A DNA stretch of 42,702 nt, from positions 1-42,702 of the forward strand of contig CAXGUD010000032.1 of NCBI GenBank assembly GCA_964012805.1, given 5' to 3'. Shown piece by piece: positions 36,599 to 42,702 of this stretch. This stretch comes from an uncultured Bacteriovoracaceae bacterium. Lineage in GTDB: Bacteria > Bdellovibrionota > Bacteriovoracia > Bacteriovoracales > Bacteriovoracaceae. The notes under the pieces are model-generated. The model was given only the letters and a program-made list of their open reading frames with translations, made no database searches and was not told the origin of the DNA. Numbering within the stretch: position 1 is the stretch's first letter; each line of letters begins with the position of its first letter. The translations under genes were made by a program, and so were the position numbers.

Positions 36599-38015
36599 GC
36601 TTATAGAAATAAGAAAGAATGTTCTAGAGGGGCTCATTAAAGAATGGGAGAAGCTTGAAAAAGCACCTTCTTTTACTTCTTTGCCTCACTACAACACTTT
36701 AAAGTTTGAAATTCCAAAATTAGATCTAAGGAATCTTCTTGCTTTTTGCGATCAAGCAACCCCTCTTTTTTATTGGTCAGATAGGTCACATGAAAAAGAG
36801 TATCTGGGAATAGACTCCATTCATCAAGTCGGAGATAGTGATTTTCTTTCAGTCATTGAAGATATTGTTAGAGAAAACAAGGATCTTTACTATATAGGTG
36901 GCCTCCACTTCAGTGAGAACTCTAAAGAGACAAATGAGTGGAAAAGCTTTAAAGAACTTAAATTCAGTCTGCCACTTGCTTCTTATGAGAGAAAAAGACA
37001 ATCTTTTATCCTAAAAATAAACTTTCCCAAATCGATTCTATTTAACAAAAAAGAACAGGCCGACTTTTCTTTCAAAGTTGAGAATGTCCTTAACTTCGGG
37101 GGCTATGGTATAACCGAAACCTCTAAAACACCTGTTGATCTTGATGAGCAAGAAGATGCTTCTGCTACATTCGAAGACCTCTCTGAACAGATCAGAACAT
37201 CAGATACAAGCCTTTATCCCCAAAAGAAGGAATGGACTGAAATGGTCCAAAAATGTCTCAAAGAGCTTAAAGAAGATAAATTAACCAAGGTTGTCCTTGC
37301 AAGAAAAAAAATATTTAAGTCAAGGTCGCCTATTAAACCAATGAATTTTTTCGAACTCTGTAAAGAGGAGGCCCTCGGTAGAAATTTCACTTTTTTTATG
37401 AGACCAAAAGAGTTCCAATCTTTTTTAAGCTTTTCACCGGAAAGGCTTTTTCTTTTGGAAAACGATAAAATTTTCGTAGATGCAATTGCCGGTACGAGAC
37501 CAACAGACCCTAATCCGATTAAAGATCTAAAATTTGAAAAAGAGCTTCTCGATTCAAAAAAAGATGCTTTTGAACACATGGTTGTTTGCAAAATGATCCA
37601 TGAAAAGCTTAATGAGTTTTCCAAGAAAGTTTATATGACCAAAAATATGGAAATCATGAAGCTTTCTCATGTTCAACACCTTCAATCTGAATTTGAAGCT
37701 GAACTTAAGCCTGGCTTTAACCTAAAAAGTATTATTGAAAAACTCCACCCGACACCTGCAGTTGGAGGATCTCCAAGTAATAAGGCAAAAGATTTTATAG
37801 CCAATCATGAACCTTTTGAACGGGGTCTTTATGCTTCCCCAATTGGGATTATTTCAAAGGACTATACCGAATTTGCCGTTGGTATCAGGTCAGCCCTTGT
37901 TGAACAAAATCAAATACACCTCTTTGGAGGTGCCGGAATTGTTATTGGGTCTACTCCGGAAAGAGAATGGGAAGAAACTCAAAGTAAAATGAAATCTTTT
38001 GAGCATTATCTATGA
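36591..38015 (+). CDS. menF: Isochorismate synthase
   Basis: KVVLAR, SPERLF, AIAGT, EH, LHPTPAVGG, RGLYA, AVGIRS, GAGIV. The ATG at 36591 overlaps the end of ubiE. Confidence 0.92.
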   Translation: MIELIEIRKNVLEGLIKEWEKLEKAPSFTSLPHYNTLKFEIPKLDLRNLLAFCDQATPLFYWSDRSHEKEYLGIDSIHQVGDSDFLSVIEDIVRENKDLYYIGGLHFSENSKETNEWKSFKELKFSLPLASYERKRQSFILKINFPKSILFNKKEQADFSFKVENVLNFGGYGITETSKTPVDLDEQEDASATFEDLSEQIRTSDTSLYPQKKEWTEMVQKCLKELKEDKLTKVVLARKKIFKSRSPIKPMNFFELCKEEALGRNFTFFMRPKEFQSFLSFSPERLFLLENDKIFVDAIAGTRPTDPNPIKDLKFEKELLDSKKDAFEHMVVCKMIHEKLNEFSKKVYMTKNMEIMKLSHVQHLQSEFEAELKPGFNLKSIIEKLHPTPAVGGSPSNKAKDFIANHEPFERGLYASPIGIISKDYTEFAVGIRSALVEQNQIHLFGGAGIVIGSTPEREWEETQSKMKSFEHYL

Positions 38016-39835
38016 AAAAAGAAATCTTTTGCCCTGACCTTCAAAAATTCCTTTCAAATTGGAAAAACATTTCTAGAGTATGGTCTTTGATTATTATTGA
38101 CCAACTAATTAAAAGTGGAGTGAGGTATTTTAATATATCTCCAGGACTTAGAAATGCGCCACTCATTAAGGCCCTCGTTACAAAAAAAAGAGAAGCTTCT
38201 TTTCCTATTGACCTTACGGTTGGACTTGATGAAAGGTCTGCCGCTTTTAGAGCATTAGGCCAGGCCAAAGCCTCGGGCAAGCCAAGCGCCCTACTATGCA
38301 CCTCAGGTACGGCCCTGGCCAATTATTTTCCAGCAGTCATTGAGGCCAGGATATCAGGAGTCCCCTTAGTTGTTTTAAGTGCAGACAGACCTTCAGAGCT
38401 TGTAGAAGCTGGAGCGAATCAATCAATTGATCAAAACAATCTTTTTGGTCGCTACACCCGTTTCTTTCTCAATCCGGGCCCCCCTTCAGAAGATACGCCT
38501 CCTCGGTCACTTGCAACCTCAATAAACCAGGCCATAAAAGAAGCACAAAATACTCCTTTTATGCCAGGCCCTGTCCATATAAATATTCCACTTAGGGAAC
38601 CTCTTGATGAAAGTAGTACAACCTTCAATTCTCGGTTATGGCCAGAAGAGGTGCTATCTTTACTAAAAGAAAACCAACCTTCTACTTCATTTCTTATACC
38701 TAAACCAAGTGACGCCTCAAACTTACTCCCTTCGGAGAAAGAAGTACTTAAAGAAGCCCTTTTTAAATCCAACAAAGTCCTCATAGTCGTCGGGCACCTC
38801 CCTCCAGCCAGTTCAAAAGAGGGCCTTAAAAAACTTTTGAAGCTTCTTCAAAAACCATTTAATCTCGATGTTACCTCTGGTTTAAAGTATAGCTTTTCAC
38901 TAGCTGATGGAGCGACTCCAGCTTTTGACCATCCTGAAGTATTAAACCATTACGATAATGAAAAAATTGATTCCATTATCCACTTTGGTGGCCGCCTTAC
39001 TTCAAAGTTTTATTATAAGTTTTTAGAGAAAAATCCATCGGTAAACTTAATCTCAGTACAGAATACTTCAGAGAAAGAAGATCCTTCCTATAGAACAAAA
39101 TATAGAATTTTAAGAGAGCCCAATGAGTTGGCAAAACAGATTCTTGAAAATTTTAAAAATGAATTAGCGAACGAGAACGAAAAAGAGACAATCTCTAAAA
39201 ACATATGGAATTCCGTCGTACTAAAAAAAAGAGCTATCATTGATAAATCCCCTTTAACATTTCCTGCCATAAGCAAATCTTTAGTTGAACTGGTACCTAA
39301 TGATTCAACTCTCTTTTTGGCAAACAGCACATGCATAAGGTCTTTTGACTACTATGTATCAGTAGATAAGGTTAAAAACCTAACTATTATGAGTCATAGG
39401 GGTGTTAGTGGTATCGAAGGCATGATTGCATCATCTTGGGGTTACCTAGACTGTAAAAAGGAAGATCCATTTACACTCGTCATTGGAGATATCAGCTTTA
39501 TTCACGACTTAAACTCTCTTCACTTTTTAACTGAAGAATCAAGACCTTTCATTATTATTGTTGTTAATAATGGTGGGGGTGGGATTTTCAACCTTCTTCC
39601 TATTTCTGAAGAAGAAGACATAATGCCATTTATTTCAAGCCCTCATAAAACAAACCTCAAGTATGCGGCCAAAACATTTGGCATTTCCTTTACATCGATA
39701 AATACAATCAATCAGCTAGAAGGGGCCTATAAATCTGCGCTCCAGTCAAAAAAGGCAACCATTATAGAAGCCATTGTCGATGATGAAGTTAATAGGAATA
39801 TTTATAAACAATTGAAAACCGTACGACTCAATTAA
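38012..39835 (+). CDS. menD: SEPHCHC synthase
   Basis: SPGLRNAPL, DERSAAF, CTSGTA, ADRP, GANQSIDQ, HRGVSGIEG, GDISFIHDLN, NNGGGGIF. Confidence 0.96.
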   Translation: MKKEIFCPDLQKFLSNWKNISRVWSLIIIDQLIKSGVRYFNISPGLRNAPLIKALVTKKREASFPIDLTVGLDERSAAFRALGQAKASGKPSALLCTSGTALANYFPAVIEARISGVPLVVLSADRPSELVEAGANQSIDQNNLFGRYTRFFLNPGPPSEDTPPRSLATSINQAIKEAQNTPFMPGPVHINIPLREPLDESSTTFNSRLWPEEVLSLLKENQPSTSFLIPKPSDASNLLPSEKEVLKEALFKSNKVLIVVGHLPPASSKEGLKKLLKLLQKPFNLDVTSGLKYSFSLADGATPAFDHPEVLNHYDNEKIDSIIHFGGRLTSKFYYKFLEKNPSVNLISVQNTSEKEDPSYRTKYRILREPNELAKQILENFKNELANENEKETISKNIWNSVVLKKRAIIDKSPLTFPAISKSLVELVPNDSTLFLANSTCIRSFDYYVSVDKVKNLTIMSHRGVSGIEGMIASSWGYLDCKKEDPFTLVIGDISFIHDLNSLHFLTEESRPFIIIVVNNGGGGIFNLLPISEEEDIMPFISSPHKTNLKYAAKTFGISFTSINTINQLEGAYKSALQSKKATIIEAIVDDEVNRNIYKQLKTVRLN

Positions 39836-39850
39836 GAGAGGTCTACTATA

Positions 39851-40771
39851 ATGCCTAAAAATAATACACGCCCACAATCAAAGCTATCAGTTTGGATATC
39901 GGCAACAAGACCTAAGACTTTGCTAGCATCCCAAGGTCCCGTCTTACTAGGACTTTTCCTGGCCTTCGAAATCAATCAAAATATAAACTTCTCTATAGCA
40001 ATTATTACACTCCTTTGCGCACTCTTAATGCAAATTGGAACCAACCTTGTAAATGACTACTTCGACCACTTTACTGGAGTCGATTCAGAAAAGCGCTTAG
40101 GTCCAGAGAGAGTTACATCAAAGGGGCTCCTTGCACCGGAAGAAGTAAAAAAAGGATTTCTGACCTGCTTCATTACCTCATTTTTGTTTGGCTGTATTTT
40201 AATGTATGTCGGGGGTTACCCAATTATTATTATCGGTCTTCTCTCTCTCTTGATGGCCTATACTTATACAGGTGGGCCTTTCCCACTTTCCCATTTTGCC
40301 CTTGGAGAGCTTGTAGCAATCATTTTTTTTGGTCCCGTTGCAGTTTGGGGCACCTACTTTCTTCAGACAAAAAGCTTTGATACCTTACCTGTCTTAATTG
40401 GACTTGGACCTGGATTCATTGCAGGTACACTGATGAGTATAAATAATTTAAGAGATAGAATCAGTGATAAAAAAGCATCCAAACTAACCCTCGCAGTACT
40501 TTTAGGAGAAGAAAGAGCACGCCTACTTACGCTTTTCACAGTAATACTTTCAGGTTTTATACCAACTATAACCTATTTCTTAAAACCAAACCCCTATTTA
40601 CTACTACCCGCCCTCACTCCGCTTCTTTTTTTAAAGAATTGGAACTATTTAAGGAAGGGACCTATCAATCAACACCTCAATATTGTTTTGGCAAAAACAG
40701 GTCAGTACTTATTTTTATACTGTATCTTTTTTAGCTTAAGTTACTTTATGGCAGTGAAAAATGTGGCTTGA
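39851..40771 (+). CDS. menA: 1,4-dihydroxy-2-naphthoate polyprenyltransferase
   Basis: RPKTL, NLVNDYFD, YTGGPFPL, NNLRD..SD, multiple TMs. Confidence 0.95.
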   Translation: MPKNNTRPQSKLSVWISATRPKTLLASQGPVLLGLFLAFEINQNINFSIAIITLLCALLMQIGTNLVNDYFDHFTGVDSEKRLGPERVTSKGLLAPEEVKKGFLTCFITSFLFGCILMYVGGYPIIIIGLLSLLMAYTYTGGPFPLSHFALGELVAIIFFGPVAVWGTYFLQTKSFDTLPVLIGLGPGFIAGTLMSINNLRDRISDKKASKLTLAVLLGEERARLLTLFTVILSGFIPTITYFLKPNPYLLLPALTPLLFLKNWNYLRKGPINQHLNIVLAKTGQYLFLYCIFFSLSYFMAVKNVA

Positions 40772-41873
40772 TCGATTTGACCTTCAAAATATTGAAATCC
40801 CCTTTAAAAAACCAATCAGAGTTGGAAAAGAGACCCTCGTAAAAAAACAATCTCTTTACCTAACTCTAGCCTTTTCAAATAAAAAAAGTGGTAAAGGGGA
40901 GATTTCTCTGCTTTCAGGCCTTATAAACCTTTCACCTGAAGAAGTAATCAAAGAAGTTAATTTATTTTTACTTCCTCTTCTTAAAAGAAATTTAAAGGCA
41001 TTAGATAAGCCTATTGAGGAAGTAGAGTTAAAAGAACTTTTTTTTAATAAGCTTCCAAAAACTAAACTCCCTTCACCAGTTATTTTTGCCATAGAGTCAG
41101 CACTTCTAGATTGGAATAAAGTTTCCTTTCCTGATAATTTTGAACATTTGTTTCCAGGAACAGTAAATGATTTCTCCATTCCTGTTAACGACCTTCTTTA
41201 TCCAACAGATCAAGTTTTTGATTTAAAAGCTTCATCGTTTAAAATCAAAGTTGGCCGCTTTAATACAGATGAAGAAAAAAAAGAAGAAATCAGTTTTATT
41301 AAGAAAGTGGCAAGTAGGTTAAAAAATTTGCCTCCTCCATCCCAAAGAATCCGACTAGATGGAAATAGAAGCTTCAGTTTAAAGTCCTTGCAAAAATACA
41401 TCGACCTGCTCGATCCAACCACATTGGCTCAAATAGAATACCTAGAAGAACCGTTACAAAATATAAATGAGTGGAAAGATTTTTATAAGAAAAATAAAAT
41501 AGGACTAGGACTTGATGAATCCATTTTAGACCTTGAAAAACAAAAAATTTCACTCCCCATAGGTACCAAGGCTTTCATTTTGAAACCTTCAGCTATAGGA
41601 GGGATTTCGAAATACTTTTCCTATTTAAATTGGGTTCATGAAAAAGGTATTAAAATTGTCGTAAGCTCAACATTTGAAAGCTCTCTAGGTCTATTCGTGT
41701 TATCACTTCTTTCGTCTAAAGAAGCGTCGACACCGTCTGGACTAAATACTTACAAATACCTGGAAGAAGAAAACCCTTCCTATTTATTCGAAACTATTGA
41801 CGGTAGAATGTTGATTAAAAAATCCTCTAATCTTGTGTTTGAAGCCAAACAAGATAATCCTCACCAGCTTTAA
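40761..41873 (+). CDS. menC: o-succinylbenzoate synthase
   Basis: Enolase-superfamily motifs KIKVG, RLDGN, YLEEP, LDES, LKPS; located in the men operon. Confidence 0.9.
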   Translation: MWLDRFDLQNIEIPFKKPIRVGKETLVKKQSLYLTLAFSNKKSGKGEISLLSGLINLSPEEVIKEVNLFLLPLLKRNLKALDKPIEEVELKELFFNKLPKTKLPSPVIFAIESALLDWNKVSFPDNFEHLFPGTVNDFSIPVNDLLYPTDQVFDLKASSFKIKVGRFNTDEEKKEEISFIKKVASRLKNLPPPSQRIRLDGNRSFSLKSLQKYIDLLDPTTLAQIEYLEEPLQNINEWKDFYKKNKIGLGLDESILDLEKQKISLPIGTKAFILKPSAIGGISKYFSYLNWVHEKGIKIVVSSTFESSLGLFVLSLLSSKEASTPSGLNTYKYLEEENPSYLFETIDGRMLIKKSSNLVFEAKQDNPHQL

Positions 41874-42702
41874 TTTTTTGAAATAGTTTTTTCTGACAAT
41901 AAAAATCCTGAATACAATTTGAGACTTTCGCCAGTTGATTTTCATTTCCTTTTATTCTTTTTCCTCTAAGGGACATAAAGACTGGCTTCAATGGCCTGTT
42001 ATCACCAACCAACGAAGTAATATCTCCAGGAAAAAAAACAGGGGAGCGCCAAAATATTTTCTTCTTTAGGGGTAGATTCGGAAAAAGATCCTTAAGAATT
42101 TTCTCATGAATTGTTTTTCCCTGGGCCAATAAATCAAATTCTGTCTTGTATTTTTTTCCTTCTAAATCTATCGCATCTTTCCATAAGGCCCTACTCTGAC
42201 CTCTATCAGTAAGTCCTTTTTCATATTTCAAAATCATTACATCCTTAAACATTTTGCTATAATTATTAATCGAAATTATATCTGCTTTATCATTTACAAC
42301 AGTTAAGAGGTTTTTTCCTTTTGTAATCGATTCTTTTCTCCAAAAATAAGGACCTTTTTTTGGGTTCAAACCTAAATCTAATAGCTGCTGATTGTGACCC
42401 AAAAAAACTCCTAAGTGGTCCCAATATCCTTTTTGAAGTGAAATATAAGGTGAACCCGTCTCGAATTTACCTAGTATTATATATAGGGGTTTCAATTTTC
42501 TCAAAAAATCAACTGTACGAACATGTTTTCTATTTTTTAATTTTGAAAAGTCTTTTGAAAAGTCAAGTTCTTGTGTCCAATAAAAAGAAGCCATTCCTCT
42601 TTTTTCAACAATCAACTTTCCAATACTTTTTCTTACTGAAGCTAAAAAATTAGATCTGACTTTTAAAAGGTCTTTCTTATTTTTCAAGCTTAGCTTTTCT
42701 TT
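41827..42702 (-). CDS. YiiX/YebB-like permuted papain-like (NlpC/P60) domain protein, 5'-partial, catalytic Cys apparently absent
   Basis: The frame stays open to the window end. GYWDHLGVFLG (catalytic-His strand) and GKKY..FD are present, then KTIHEK where xxCSE is expected. Confidence 0.6.
   Translation of the reverse strand, partial: KEKLSLKNKKDLLKVRSNFLASVRKSIGKLIVEKRGMASFYWTQELDFSKDFSKLKNRKHVRTVDFLRKLKPLYIILGKFETGSPYISLQKGYWDHLGVFLGHNQQLLDLGLNPKKGPYFWRKESITKGKNLLTVVNDKADIISINNYSKMFKDVMILKYEKGLTDRGQSRALWKDAIDLEGKKYKTEFDLLAQGKTIHEKILKDLFPNLPLKKKIFWRSPVFFPGDITSLVGDNRPLKPVFMSLRGKRIKGNENQLAKVSNCIQDFYCQKKLFQKIKAGEDYLVWLQTQD

Noticed and set aside
1..42702. CRISPR arrays, rRNA, prophage or defence-system genes
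   Set aside because: No repeat-spacer periodicity, rRNA-like sequence, or recognisable phage or defence motifs were seen.

Overview
AT-rich bacterial chromosomal window. The gene content and protein style suggest Bdellovibrionota (Bacteriovoracaceae/Halobacteriovorax-like); this is an inference, not a database assignment. Most of it is housekeeping: tRNA-Met(CAT), tex, fadI-fadJ-lolC/E-like, waaA, tmk-holB-PSP1(yaaT), asnS, a PfkB kinase, yaaA, a secreted EEP nuclease, and a polyprenyl synthase divergent from a partial menaquinone operon (menG-menF-menD-menA-menC). The most striking element is a tandem pair of ~1250-aa paralogous membrane kinases (4832-12403). Each fuses a classical HisKA/HATPase-REC-REC hybrid kinase to a PAS-like-Hpt-CheA-type ATPase module. 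The two copies have lost catalytic residues in a reciprocal pattern, suggesting an obligate heterodimeric 'double split kinase'. Both genes are preceded by an identically spaced sigma28-like promoter that would give leaderless mRNAs. The window also starts with the 5' part of an IS91-family transposase, absent from the ORF track, just downstream of the tRNA 3' end. It ends in a permuted papain-like (YiiX-type) protein that appears to lack its catalytic Cys. No CRISPR array or rRNA was seen.
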